Below, piece by piece: positions 43,340-57,004 of a stretch of DNA of 64,000 nucleotides. Source of the DNA: Octopus sinensis (lineage: Eukaryota). Under the pieces are notes generated by a model. That model was not told the DNA's origin. It ran no database searches and was given only the letters and a program-made list of their open reading frames with translations. Position 1 is the first letter of the stretch. Every line of letters begins with the position of its first letter. The translations under genes were made by a program, and so were the position numbers. The stretch lies in contig NC_043013.1 in the NCBI RefSeq assembly GCF_006345805.1, positions 24,366,001-24,430,000 on the forward strand. Direction: 5' to 3'.

Positions 43340-44131
43340 GTAAGGCACCTATTATTAAAAAAAAAACAAACAAACTATAAAGATGTATGAAACATTTAAC
43401 AAAGTGTAACCAGTCATATGCATTCTTACATGTATACATTCATACACACACACATAGATAAATATATTTTCATACACACGCATACATATACATACATGCA
43501 TACACACATGCATTCATACATGCATACAAGTATACATACATATGTATTGTATATTTGCGTATATATATTATATCTGTTTGTGTGTGTGTTTTCATGTGTG
43601 AGTATCAAGCGATCTGTATGTGTGAATGCCCATTCATGAATTATAGTTGTATTCCACGAGAGCTGTTCGATCAAAAGATAAACATCAACAAAGGAGTTAA
43701 TAACAAGAGTCTAAAACATTTGCGATACTAAAACATGAAATGTGAAAGAGATTAATATTGAAATATTAATAGATATTTAACAAAGTCATGATAATAATTA
43801 CTAATACTAATTAAAAAAAAGTCGCATTAAAAGCATGTAGCATATAATTATTTCACTCATTAAAAGTTCTCTTTCTGATAAGCACTGCTTTCCCCGTTTT
43901 CTTGTTTAAATATTGTATGAATCCTGTTATTTCGAATTGACTCTTAAATGAATGAAATTGGAACGAACAAGCTCACTCTATTATCCCTTATCTTTACCAT
44001 TAATCATTCTTAGATGATGCTAGAATTCAAAGAAGACAGTTTGATCTGTTGTTTACTTTTAGGCTAACTAATTTTTATCCGATCCGTTTTCTGAACTGAA
44101 TTATATTTTTCTGGTCAATCAAGTTATTTAA

Positions 44132-44528
44132 TCTTTATATATAAAAGTGAGGTTGTGTGCTGTCTGTCTCCTACGATTTAGATTCCTAACTACTCCCACA
44201 TTTTGCGGTGCAGTTTAACCAAAACCGGGTATCTTATAGTCGTGATTCATATCGAGCCCTTCTGGGTATTAGCGCGCGTCTACGATGAGTCTACGATTTA
44301 AAAAAAAATTTACCATCAATTTTTCCGATTTTTAATGCATTTTTGGCATATATAAGGGAAGTAACTCTCTAAAAATTTATTATTAAATCTCAGAACGTAA
44401 AAAGCTACAGTAACATCCCCTCCTTTGTAGTTAGCTATATTGAGATGGCTATTATACTTTACATCTCTAAAAATGCTTATATAGTTATTTCCCTTACAAA
44501 CCCGAGAAACGCCGGGCGATACTGCTAG
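44132..44528 (+). mobile_element. Non-autonomous Helitron in the intron of the CpcT-like gene
   Basis: A|TCTTTATATATAAAA 5' end; CCCG...CGGG hairpin (44501-44516) followed by CTAG|T 3' end; inserted at an A/T junction with no TSD. Confidence 0.85.
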
Positions 44529-45318
44529 TTTAATTATAATTAGTTACTCTTAAAGGATTTATTTTAACAAAGGGTATTTTAGAATTACAGTTACATTTTG
44601 AAATGAAATGAAATATTTGGACTATTCCTATGATCCATTCAAAATGCCATTGTCATACAGATGATATGAATATCTGAGAGCCATTTGTCTCGTTAGTTTT
44701 TACAGATCTATTTCTGCACTACCGCACTGTCGGGTGGGATTTGGTTGATACCAATTTGAATATGAGAACAATACTTTAAAAAAAATTTAAGTAGCTTAAA
44801 AAAATTCTTTTGAAAACCATGTTACAATGCTCGCTGTTGAGTTAGGATGATTTTAAATTTAAGAAACACGATTCTAGTTTGGGGAAAGAGGTAGAACCGA
44901 TTAGATATTTGTTCATTGATTATTTATTATTGCAATTCGAGAACAATAATGTCGTCAGTTACAGGTTGCCAACCGAAGAATCATTGGAGTATTATATCTC
45001 TGTCGCTGAGATTGTTAAGGGAGCGTCTGTAATTCGCTGCAGAACAAATAAACCGAGGAAATTCGTTCTTAAAGCATCGAGTTATATTATATCTGTGTGT
45101 GTGTGTGTGTCTTTTCTCTTGTATGACGTAATGCGATACGTTGTAAAGAAATACTTTATCTGTAGTGTACATTGGTTATGTGGTTCGAGTTCTCTTAGAT
45201 TTAGCTACTAAGCAGCATGGAAAAGGTAGGAACGTACTACAGCATCATATTTGATATAAATTTCGTGCTTATGTAGGAAGACACAACTTCTATAGTGCAA
45301 TAATTTGTTTTTCATTTA

Positions 45319-45550
45319 CGAGGGGTGTCGGAAAAGTCTTGAGCCTCAAAAAAACAAAACATTGTATAAGACTTCTGATGATTTATTTTTCACAGGAGTG
45401 GCTGTGTGGTAAGTAGCTTGTTTACCAACCACATGGTTCCGGGTTCAGTCCCACTGCGTGGCACCTTGGGCAAGTGTCTTCTGCTATAGCCCCGGGCCGA
45501 CCAAAGCCTTGTGAGTGGATTTGGTAGACGGAAACTGAAAGAAGCCCGTC

Positions 45551-45589
<39 letters not shown>

Positions 45590-47035
45590 TGTGTGTTTGT
45601 GCATCTGTGTTTGTCCCCCTAGCATTGCTTGACAACCGATGCTGGTGTGTTTATGTCCCCGTTACTTAGCGGTTCGGCAAAAGAGACCGATAGAATAAGT
45701 ACTGGGCTTACAAAAGAATAAGTCCCTGGTCGAGTTGCTCGATTAAAGGCGGTGCTCCAGCATGGCCGCAGTCAAATGACTGAAACAAGTAAAAGAGTAA
45801 AAGAGTAAAAGAGAGAGTCCCCTTTGATAGCTGAACCCTTTCTCCAGCGGTGCTGAAGTGCCTTTATCCCGGCGTAGAGGAACTCTTTTGTTTGAGACTC
45901 TAAGAAACTTCCTACAGTGTCTATGACGTCATTGTCAGTGGCAAAATAGCAACCAGCCAAGGGTTTTTTCATTTTTGGGAATAGATGAAAGTCAGAGGGG
46001 GCTAAGTCTGGCGAATAAGGCAGATGGGGAACAGGTTCGTATCCACAATCACGAATTGTTGCCATGGCAACCTCTGAGGTGTGGGCTGGAATATTGTCGT
46101 GATGAAAAAGGACTCCTCTGGTGAGCATTCCTGGTCTTTTTTCTTTGATTGCTTCCTAGAGGCATTACAGTAGCTGAGAATAATACAGCCCTGTCACGGT
46201 GTGACCCTTTTCAAGGTAATCGATCAGCAAGACACCTTGAGAATTCAAAAAAAAAAAACTGACGCCATGACCTTGCCAGCTGAAGGAATGACCTGGCCTT
46301 CTTTGGGGTAGGCGAAGATGTGTGCTTCCACTGCTTTGATTGTTCTTTGGTTTCAGGCTGGTAGTGATGAACCCAACTTTCGTCCATAGTAATAAAACGA
46401 GCAAGAAAATTCTCTTCATCGGCTTCAAACAGTTCCAGATTACTCGTGGACAAAGTGCACCTGGTGCGTTTCTGTTCAGGAGTCATAAGGTGAGGGACCC
46501 GCCTTGCAGAAACCTTTGAGAACCCAAGTTCTTTTGTGACAATGTTGTCTGCTCTTTCAAGTGAGATGCCCAGTCTCTCAGCTATCTGGCGACATGATAT
46601 TCGATGATCTTGCATTATCATACCAAGAGCAAGGTCAATGTTGTCCTCAGTGGTTGCAGTTGGAGGCCTCCCTGGTGTGGGATCATCTTCCACACTCTTC
46701 CTACCATGCTGGAATTCATTTATCCAGCGTTTGACTGTTGCATATGAAGGAGCATTGTCTGTTAAGTTTCTCACCATATCTTCATGGATTTCTGATGGAG
46801 TCATGCCTTTCAAATGAAGGTACTTTATGACAGCACGATACTCAGTTTTCTCCATTTTCCTTGTAACCTCGACACTTGCTTATTCAAAAATATGTAACAA
46901 AAAAAAAATTAAAATATCAAAATCATGAAAATGAACAAGAATACTCCGAAAAGACTGTACTTACCAGAAAAATTGTTCCAGCTACCTAGCAGCCCCGTTT
47001 CTAGGTTAGGCTCAAAACTTTTCATACACCCCTCG
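45319..47035 (-). mobile_element. Mariner transposon, full length, frameshifted, with nested SINE
   Basis: 28-bp TIRs CGAGGGGTGT..GAAAAGT.TTGAGCCT with TA flanks; MEKTEYRAVIKYL, TMDESWVHHY, HHDNIPAH, YSPDLAPSDFHLF. Confidence 0.95.
45393..45813 (+). mobile_element. Family-C SINE inserted in the last codons of the mariner transposase
   Basis: Same sequence as 20357-20800; splits the expected KGD|YVEK* C-terminus. Confidence 0.9.
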
Positions 47036-47639
47036 TATAATAAACCTTTTGTATAAAAGAAATGACAACCTTATTAAAGACAGCTTATTTCACCTCTAAC
47101 ACAACAGGCGATTTTAATTTATTATGCTAATCTATTTGATCATGACGTAGATCCAGTGCTGGTTCACAGAACAAAGTTTAAGAGAAGAGTAAAATCTTAA
47201 AAAAAGTAACTGTTCTACTGTTTCCAAATTCAGAAACTTGTGAACAAAAAACCACTGACTGTTTGAATAAAAAGAAGACAGAAAAATTGTTGTTGATATG
47301 TGATGCTTGTTATGTTTGGTCAGTCATATAGTAGACTAGTGTTTATCGTTGACTACAAACAGATGCTCACGTTCTAAGACTTATCTTTTAACAATCCTAC
47401 AGAGAATTTGTCTATTTTGCGTCGACAAGAAAACTTGTTCAAATTAGTAATATTCGAAATTACATACGCACACGCGCGCACGCACACACATATACACACA
47501 CACACACACACACTCACGTACAAACACAGTCACACACACATTCACACACACACACATATTTTCTAAAAACAGAGAAATAGTAAGTGCAATAGGTATATGT
47601 AGTATTGAATCACAAAACGGAGAACTTCGCGACTTCCAC

Positions 47640-49055
47640 AGCAGCAATAACTTCTTCAAATTTCTTCCAGTCACAGAGCACCTCGATTAAACTCCATCTT
47701 TTCACTCTAGATTTTCCTCCAGAAGGGGTCTATATCTTCTCGTGAAGGAGCTTCTGTGATGCTCACTGCTTCTCCTCTCATGTCTAGTTCCGGTTAAGTT
47801 CTTTGATTATTGTTTTTCTCTCGGTTATTCTCTTCTGATGTCGGAGTTTCTCACTGACAGCTTTTAGTTCCTGCATAAGGGAGATCAGCTTGCAAGTGTC
47901 CTCTTTTTGCTGTCTCCAAACATCATTTCTATCCCCTTCTTCACTTTCTGTTGGTGAGACGGATAGTGGTTTGCTTGTTTGGAAGCAATAATCATCATTA
48001 CACGGCTGATGGTCTTCAGTAAGTCAGCTATCCTTTTCTCTGTTGTTAAAACCCATGATGACACTTCCTTTGTTGCTTCGGTTTTATTTACTTTTTTAGT
48101 GTCCTTTGTGTATTGTTTTGCGGTAGTAGGCAAAGCTTATAGACAGGCGTTAATCTGCCAGAATGAGGGCTGATTACACTGCTGTAAAAACCCCTCTCTA
48201 ATTTCATTATCAGCTTTTAACACCGTGTCTATTAGTCTTTCCTTACTTTGGCAGAAAATACTCTCTCTTCGAGGAAGTACTTCAAAGCCAAAGTTACTTT
48301 CTCTAGAAAAATTTTACTTAGTGCATATTTCCCGGATATATCCTCCTGATTGCTTCTACAATGATCTTTAGAGGGACAATGGTCAGTTGCGTTAACCTGC
48401 AATGTAGCTTGGCTGGTAAGTAGTATAGAATATGTTGGAATGTTGTTAACTGTGAAATAACGTGGTGTTCTAACATCGTTCACTGTTTTGTTTATTTAGT
48501 TTGAGAGACGGTTAATTTCAGATCTTGATTTAACCTTAGTGACTGAAGTTACAGTCACCAACTTTCTTCCTATGTTCCACAAATTTTACTTGTTGACGTA
48601 ATTGTTTTACAGTAAAATGATTTTGTGCTAAGCGCAGATCGACCCAGTATGATTTCAGTCTATTCATATACTCAACAGAGCGGTTTTGTTTTACTCTCCT
48701 ATAACAGTTATATAACTCAGTCCTCTATTCATAACTCCAAGAAAAATGAGTTTTGTAATTACGAGTTCTCCATGAAAACAGCTAGAAAGATTCTGTTTAC
48801 CTGTTGAGCTGTTGTTTTCTGTTCGTCGGTTGTGTTGTTGTTGATGTCGCCCAGCCATGTTGCTTGTAGTAACTCTCTGCACGGTAAATTCTAGTTTCAG
48901 TCTAAAATCACTACGATATTGAATAAAAGGTTCCCTCAGTTAATTCATCTGAAGATTAACCAGTTATTTAACAGGGTTGATGGTGGTGGCTCCAAGTTGG
49001 AGATAAATTGTCTCCCTCGCCAAATATGCGACTTGTCGCTTCGAGTATGGTATGG
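47640..49055 (-). mobile_element. 5' part (UTR + N-terminal ORF) of an R4/Dong-clade element, 3'-truncated
   Basis: FSWSYE*RTELYNCYRR..YMNRLKSYW..FTVKQLRQQ, WQINACL, FWRKI*..FNRGAL: the N-terminal region typical of the clade. Confidence 0.65.
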
Positions 49056-49149
49056 TAGGGTATAGTATGTATGTATGTATGTATGTATGTATGTATGTAT
49101 GTATGTATGTATTTATGCATGTATGCATGCATGCATGCACGCACGTATT

Positions 49150-49970
49150 TATGTATGTCTCTTCTATTTTTTAATTATTATAAATCTTCCACTGAGGAGA
49201 GAGCCGGTTTCCAACAAAGATACAAGACTCCATCTTTGGAATGTAGTTAACACAGACAAACTTACATTTGGAACTTGAGAAAACTCTTGCATATTTTTAC
49301 TGTTCCACTCACAGATTGCATTTATAATGTACGAATCAGCCGGTCAGTTTCTGTTTCTTAAAATCTCAGTTTATCCAGATTCTCCTTTAAGCATTTACTA
49401 ACAAAACCTAGTGCTCCAATTATTATTGGTATGAATATGAATTCATAGTCTGGATATAGAAGCTGGAGGTTTCGAAGCAGTTGTCTATAGATATCCTCTT
49501 TTTTTTTTTTTTTTAAAGAGATATTTATATCTGCAGGGCAGCTAACCTCTATGATGCTACATACCTTTGCCCTTCTGTCCCAAACAACAATATCTGGCCT
49601 GTTATGCTTACATTTGACAGAAGTTTTGATGAGAATATTCCACCAGTATTCCTTGAGTTGGTGTTTATGAATGTATTCCATAACAGGGATTTTCTAAGTT
49701 TATTTCTGGACGGTCTTTTTTGCGGATAGCATTGTAAATTGTTTTAGCAACAACAACGTGCCGCAGAGGGAGGTAGTACCGTGACGACATTTTAGGACAG
49801 CTTCTAATCACATGCATGATGTCTTCCACAGAAACATGACATAGCCTACACATACAAGATTACAAGAGCGTCACTGTCTCTCTTGTTCACCAGGTACTTT
49901 GTGGCAATCTATGCAAACGCATAGCCTTCAAAGTGTGATAAGATGTAGTGGTCTTGTGTCTGTAAGTATG
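49150..49970 (-). mobile_element. R4/Dong-clade 3' fragment with (CATA)n tail
   Basis: SHFEGYAFA, CRLCHVSVEDIMHVIRSC, HNRPDIVVWD, IEVSCP, FIPIIIGALG; tail at 49065-49150. Confidence 0.9.
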
Positions 49971-51512
49971 TATGTTATATTTATTTTAAGCATATATAAT
50001 TAGAAATATTTTCTATATTAGCACAAACGTTGAGACAACTGATGGTATTATTAAAATGAAGCAGGAGTGAGACAAGTGATTTAATAGGGTTTGAATGCAA
50101 AATGTAGAAAGATAACAAGTAAATCATGACATTTAATTCAGTGCTTTATGACTTATGGCATGCACAGCACTTCGACATAATTGCCATAATGAAAGATGAG
50201 TATTATAGATGCAGAAATAAGTGTCTGTCAATGAAGACATTTCATGTCTATTTGACTATGTGTTTGGAAAAGGAATAAAAATTGGTCTTCTTGCCTGAAA
50301 AAGAGAGTCCTGATTCATGGAAAACATTCGATTTATTAGTAGAAGTTGTAAATTAATAACTTTAACGCACAAAGTTTATCTTGGTTATCTTTTCTCAATT
50401 CTTATCTATTTATATGTATTGAGCTTTTATGGTTTACATTTTCAAAATATTGCGTTTTTTCTTAAACCGAAGAAACAAGAATGATTCCATAAGTATCCAT
50501 ATGTTTTTCTTTTTTAGAAACTTCTGCTAAATAATTTGTAATGAGTTGTAGCTCTTTTCACTTCTAAGAGCTGGATTATTGGCAAGCAGGTTAGATTTAA
50601 TTGTTAGAACATAAACATTTGTAACGTGAACTATTTTTTATAAAACATCTTTCTGATTGTCTCATTGCTACTATCGAACACTAAGCAATTAGAAACATAG
50701 ACAGGCTCTATAAAATTAGAGATAGTATAATAATTATTATATTCTCGAGAGCGTCATTTTATTTTTTGGAGGGATTTTAAGTCAAGATTTTGTGTCTCAT
50801 TAACTGACTGGAAAACAAACAATTGAGAAACGTAAAAAGAAAATTCAAATTTAATTTATTTACGTTTTTCTTTTCTTTTTGGAAGGACACTAACACTACA
50901 ATCTATTTGTAGCGTTCTGTTTATCAATTCTTCGATTTCTAAAATTATGGAGAAAATAAAAATAACCTTCAAAAACTAAGTTAGGAATGAGACTGGTAGC
51001 TACCAAAACTGTAAGAATGTTTTTCATTATCATATTACAATAAAATAATTAAAGACCCCGTCGAAGTTGTTATAATTAATATAATACACACTTTCCTCTT
51101 AAGTTTACAATATTCTTGTATTCTCTTTCTCCAGTTTACATTCGAGTAAATCAGCCCATGAACACATTATCGAACCTAATGATATATTACACACTCTTTT
51201 CATCTCGTTTCCTTGATTTCATTGATTAAATATTTTAATGACCAAGAGGAGGTATTGTCTACGTTGAGTTACAAATATAATTACAGATAAACAACTATTG
51301 TTACTACACAACTCATGATACTTAGTTCCAGCTGTTCGTTAGCAGAAAATATTGGGCAATCTGCCTTCTCTTTTTGCAACACTCTCCTTATCAATAAAAT
51401 TTGTAAAATCAGTAGAAGCAAGTTGATAAATAACCTGTCTTCCACTTTCTGTTGTTATTAAACAATACAATATAGATGAATCATATATACATATATCCAG
51501 TTGACAAATATA

Positions 51513-51567
<55 letters not shown>

Positions 51568-51571
<4 letters not shown>

Positions 51572-53140
51572 GGCATCCGTCGATCTCGAGAGGCCATAGA
51601 TCTGCGCTCGAAGAATGGTGGTGCAGCGTCTGTTGTAGGTGTAGAAGTCCATACGGGAGTGGCAGTCACACACGCAGCGACTGTATTTGAAGGAACTCTC
51701 TGCCGTGCCACTTGTTTTTCTTTCCGCTGAGTGCGCTTTTTTTTTGTAGAGAGTTCTTGTTTTTCTTCCGCTCGTTTCATCCCCTTTCGCAGTATTTGTT
51801 TCCAGTGTGGGTGATCATTTGCAACCTCCTCCCATCTCATGTCGTCCAGATCAAGCGGCCTCATATGTCTCTTACAAACGCCCTTGGAACGAAGATGAGG
51901 TCGTTCTCGTGCTCTTGTACCGGTGGCCAATTCCCCATACCAGAAGTCTTTTCGAATCCTTCCGTCCAGCATGCAATGTATATGACGGAGCCAGCGCAAA
52001 CGACGCTGTTGGAGCTGGGTGAGTATGCTAGGTATCTTGGCTCAGTTGAGGACTTCGGTGTTGGAGATGTGGTTGGTCCACTTGACATCCTAGATGCGTC
52101 TCAAATTACGAGGGTGAAAGAGATTGAGACGCCGTAAAGTAGCGTACTAAGGACGCAGGCCTTGTAGACAGTAATCTCGGTGTCTGCAGCCAGTTTTTTT
52201 GTTTTCTCAGACCCTTTTTGTGAACTTGGCAAATGTGGGGTTCGCCTGCTGTCCGATTCGCCTGCTGTCCGATTCGCCTGCTGATCTCAGGATCGAGGGT
52301 GAGGTAATCGGCGATGGTAGAGTTGAGATAGGCGAATTGATTGACTACCTCCAGGTTGTAGCTGGTGATGGTAGGTGATGGATACTTGAAACTTTAGCCC
52401 AATACTTGGGTCTTCTTCAGACCGATAGTCAGGCTGAGTTTCCGACAGACCTTTGAAAATTTGTCCACGAGGTGTTATATTTGCTCTTCAGAGTGCGCTG
52501 TCAGTGTTGCGTCGTCCACGAATAGCTTTTCTCTGACAAGTACCTGACGCCCCTTGGATTTTGCTTTCAGTCTCGACAGACTAAACAATTTATGGTCTGA
52601 TTTGATTTGAAGGTAAACACCATTAGTTGATGTGCAAAATGCATGTTTAAACATGACTGCAAGGAAGATGCCAAACAGGGTGGGAGAAAGCACACAACCC
52701 TTCTTCACGTCGCTGCGTGTGTTAAATGCTTCCGGAAAAGAGCCGTCAAATTGTCCGCGTGAAATGATTGGATAATCTTGAGGAGTCTTGGATGACAGCC
52801 AGTCTTGGCAAGGGTTCTGAACAGGCCGTCTCTACTCACTAGGTCAAAAGCCTTTGTGAGGTCCATGAAGGTGATAAAAAGTTGCCTTTGCTCTCGGCGC
52901 TTCTGTAGCTGTTGGTGGTGGAGCGTTCTGATCCGAAACCGCACTGAAATTCGGGGTATACCCTCTCAGATAATTTCTGTAGTCTGTTTAGGGCCACACA
53001 AGCAAAGACCTTCCCAACGATACTTAACAGCATAATACCTTGGCAGTTATTACAGCCGCTTTTGTCCTCTTTGTTCTTGGGTGACAATGTTGCTGTCTCT
53101 CATGTCTTGCGGTACTGATCCCTCCTCCTAGCACTGACGC
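51568..53140 (-). mobile_element. RTE (BovB-like) LINE, 5' truncated, decayed
   Basis: GIMLLSIVGKVFA, QCGF, FMDLTKAFDLVSR, KKGCVLSPTLF, LFVDDA, RWLRHIHCMLDGRI, RARERPHLR; typical RTE 3' end GAGATCGACGGATGCC followed by (TA)n. Confidence 0.92.
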
Positions 53141-53715
53141 AGTAACTTCAGCAAGCGGCTAAGTAGAATTCTCCTTGCACATCTGATGATCTCTGCTGTC
53201 TTAAGCGGGTAAGGGTTTGATAAGCTGTATAACTAATAATGAGAGTTGCTTCTTTGGATGGCCGTTGGCTCTTCAGAGTTTATCCACCCTTTGACATTGT
53301 ATTTAATTCTGCAGGGTAATCAAATAGCAAGAAATGTACCCTCCTCAAAAGGCAAGCTCTGTGGGGTTGCCGGTTTAGTTGCCGACGGCCCTGGAACCTG
53401 TGAAAAGAAAACAAAAAACAAAAAAAGGAAGAGAGAGAGAGAAATATGGCGAGGTCCGTAAGCCAGTAATACAGAGATGAAATACAACAGACTTTAAGCA
53501 GAAGTTTTAGTTGCAGAAGCTAAGAGGCTTAAATAAACCGAAGGGCAGCGTGATAGATAATGCTGCTTATTACTAGGGTTGTTATTTTATTTCATTTTGG
53601 GCTGCTGCCTAAGGACAAAATCTTACGGCAAACGGCTATTCACACAAGCTGTTTGGCTTATCTGGTGGTGATTGGGGGTGAGCGTGATTGTTATGGGAAC
53701 GACGGGCGCAAGCTG

Positions 53716-53879
<164 letters not shown>

Positions 53880-54891
53880 GACTACCTACCTACCTACCCA
53901 CCCATATGCGCGTGAGTGAATGAGAGATAGAGTGTGTGTATGTACGTATTGCATGGTGTATCCTATCTTATTTCAACATATCTATTACAACGTAATTAAG
54001 CTAAACAGAACGATAATTTTGAAAACCTACCTGACACTGGTATTTAATATCAATGTTATTCAGATATTTTACTTCATGTCCTCATCATGAACAAAATTAT
54101 TGTTGAAGAGCAGACGACCAAATCGGTACTTCAAGCCGTTCAAAGTTCGCTTGCACTTTTCTGAGATCAAAAATACCTCGGCGCCTCCTTTGAAAGTTAT
54201 TTGAGTATCAGTAATATACGTACTTAAACAAATTACTTTATGTTCACTCAACACTATATTAAAACAAAATGTTTTAATAAATTATAGTTGTCCGAAATAA
54301 CTCTGTTTATGATAACTGTTTCACAGCTATGTTTTTGTAGAGCCGAGAACACACCGAACGGGAAACGAAATAGTCTCACTTATAAAATACACTTTAGTAT
54401 AGAGTGTAAGTAAATTGGTTTTAAATAGTGGTTTGCTATTCTATTCCTAAACTTCTTAGGACAGGTGTCGACTCAATTGTCAAGCATTAATTAGAATTTA
54501 ACGAGATCCTATGAAACTTTAGTTGAGTCAGCTAATGCCTCCGGAATATTTTCATAGTCTAGCAGAGCACACCTCAATGCTTTACCGACCTGGAGTTAGA
54601 AGAGGTCGAGTAGGAATATGAAGAAATATTATTATCCAAAACATGGCTCAAGCGAATCCAAATTCACAATTTTCAGTTATTTTACCAATAAAAGTTGTTG
54701 AATACTTCTGTCTCCCTCCCTTCCTCTTTCTCTATCTCTTACTCCGTATACCACCTCTCTATCCCCCCTCTCTTATAATGTTATTTTATGTTATTTCTGT
54801 AAAAAAATTCCTGTATTATGCAAGTAGAGAAAAATACAGTACAAGTATTTCAATTTTCGTTAACCTGTTTTATCTCTATCACCCCTTATCG

Positions 54892-54962
<71 letters not shown>

Positions 54963-55035
54963 ATCTATCTATCTATCTACCTACCTACCTACTACCTACC
55001 TACCTACCTACCTACTACCTACCTACCTACCTACC

Positions 55036-55094
<59 letters not shown>

Positions 55095-55442
55095 TTGTCT
55101 GTCTGTCTGTCTGTCTATTTGTATATGAATATATGTATCTATTATAACTAAATATATGTATATATTATATATGTATTGAATATATGTATATATAGTAACT
55201 GAAAAGATCGTAATTGCAGAACTCCGAGTTTCATACTTCCGATCATTCAGCTGGTAACTGGGGCCTGTTTTCTCTTGAACAACTTGTTGTTTGAATATAT
55301 TTCAGGCTGAAAGGTTAGAAACGTGTAACTCGGAGTTCTGGAATCACAAAGCTTTCATTCATAATGTATTAAAGAATTCTCTGCATTTACGTATAGAGTT
55401 CTGTAATTTATCGCTTCTTGTCGAATCTTTATATATATATAA

Positions 55443-55511
<69 letters not shown>

Positions 55512-55558
55512 GTGTGTGTGTGTGTGTGTATGTATTTATGTATATAGACGTACACCAG

Positions 55559-55621
55559 TATGTAATGCCATCAATCCAATTCTCTTTGAAGGATAACGTT
55601 CTCAATCTTGTTGGACGCCAG
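55559..55621 (+). CDS. Candidate internal exon (YVMPSIQFSLKDNVLNLVGRQ), possibly exon 2 of the CpcT-like gene
   Basis: Perfect donor CAG|GTAAGT at 55621/55622. AG acceptors at 55547 (phase 1) and 55558 (phase 0), both with weak pyrimidine tracts. The frame is open. Confidence 0.35.
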
Positions 55622-56644
55622 GTAAGTGTCTATTTACAAGTTGTGTGAGTTCTTGTCATATTCCCTCGTGGTATTTCAATCATTTTTTCCTTTCATTATA
55701 TTTTTGTTTTAACTTTTTACTCACAATATTATCAATTCACAAATACAAACGTAGAGATAGTATTTTTTAGTAAGTCTTGCTACAGTCTTATGTGTAGTGT
55801 TGTATGCTCTGTATTGTTTCCAACACCAAGTGGTTTTTATTTTATACACTACATAAGCGATGTTTCCTTTTCCCTGCATGTAATGTAAAGAATCGATGAC
55901 CTTCAACTCTTTACTTTTCGTTCTGTATCAAACACCTTTATAAGAACCATTCAAATATTATTATTGTGGTCGATATGCAACCGAAGTTTTACTGTCAAAT
56001 TTCTTTTTCATTTTCCCTATTTGTATTCTGATGTTTTATGAAGCTTTGTGTAACTTCTGATCAACGAGTGATTTCTATTTTTGTCTTGTAACTCAGTATT
56101 TTGTACGAAGTCTATTTTAAAGCATTCATATTTCCAGCAGTCACTAGAAATAGATATGTAATAAATATTTTAATTCTTCTTCTGATCTTAGCAGACAGAA
56201 ATGAACTGTATTTCTTCTGTGTTTCATAATTTCGCCAATAAAAACAAAAATCATTGCGCCAAAAACTTGCAGATTTAGCCTCTAGAATAATATGCTTTTC
56301 AGGAATGATTAGTTGTGGATGAAAATGGTGAGTGGAAATCAGAATCGGCGGAGCATCAGATAAAAATCCTTTGGCATTTGGTTATATCACCTTACTTTTC
56401 GAATTCAGCTATCTATCGACTTCAAAACTCCACGCTGGAAGATGGTATGATTTTGATATACTGAGCCTTCTGGCCTCTTCTCGTGGCACTTTTTCAGGTA
56501 ATGTCGATTTGATGGAAGAAGTAAGCTAATGTACGGCGCATACATTTGATCAGAATAAAAACCAATCGTTTGTGCAGGTCGTTCGGCAAAAGTTGAACAG
56601 TCATACATCGTTATCGACTGGAGAGTCCATTAAATGTGTATATA

Positions 56645-56686
<42 letters not shown>

Positions 56687-57004
56687 CCAACACCCACACT
56701 ACACACCACATCACCCCACCCCACACCAATCCAAACACTAGCACTGACCACTCCCCAGCACCCACACTAAATACCACCATCTGCACATCATCCATCACCA
56801 TCATCCGGACACCCACACACCATAGTCCACACACACACACTTAAACATTTTCACATGTACCTTCGTTTTGGGATCACCGATACTTTATTATCTCTCCTTC
56901 TTTCTACCTCTCCTGTCAAACCATTTTTTCTCAACCAGTCAACATGCTTCATCGCTAAATCCATACGTTTTTTATGTTCTCTCTCTGTTTATTTTCTCTT
57001 ATTC

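Noticed and set aside
43340-43390. ORF-track C-terminus VRHLLLKKKQTNYKDV of the CpcT-like protein
   Set aside because: Read-through past the GTAAGG donor into intron; the barrel would be incomplete.
44013-44760. Nearer phase-0 acceptors as exon 2 (MMLEFKEDSLICC.., IYFCTTALSGG..)
   Set aside because: Both stop within 17 codons and fit CpcT spacing worse than 55559-55621.
49870-49960. Apparent plus-strand exon CAG|GTACTTT...|GTAAGT
   Set aside because: It is the antisense of the R4 ORF (SHFEGYAFA..ATKYLVNKRD).
54069-54254. Protein-like minus ORF (GAEVFLISEKCKRTLNGL..)
   Set aside because: Weak splice sites and no motif; cannot be told apart from chance.
56306-56308. Selenocysteine reading of the in-frame TGA
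   Set aside because: No SECIS-like structure recognised, and no Cys is expected at this position.
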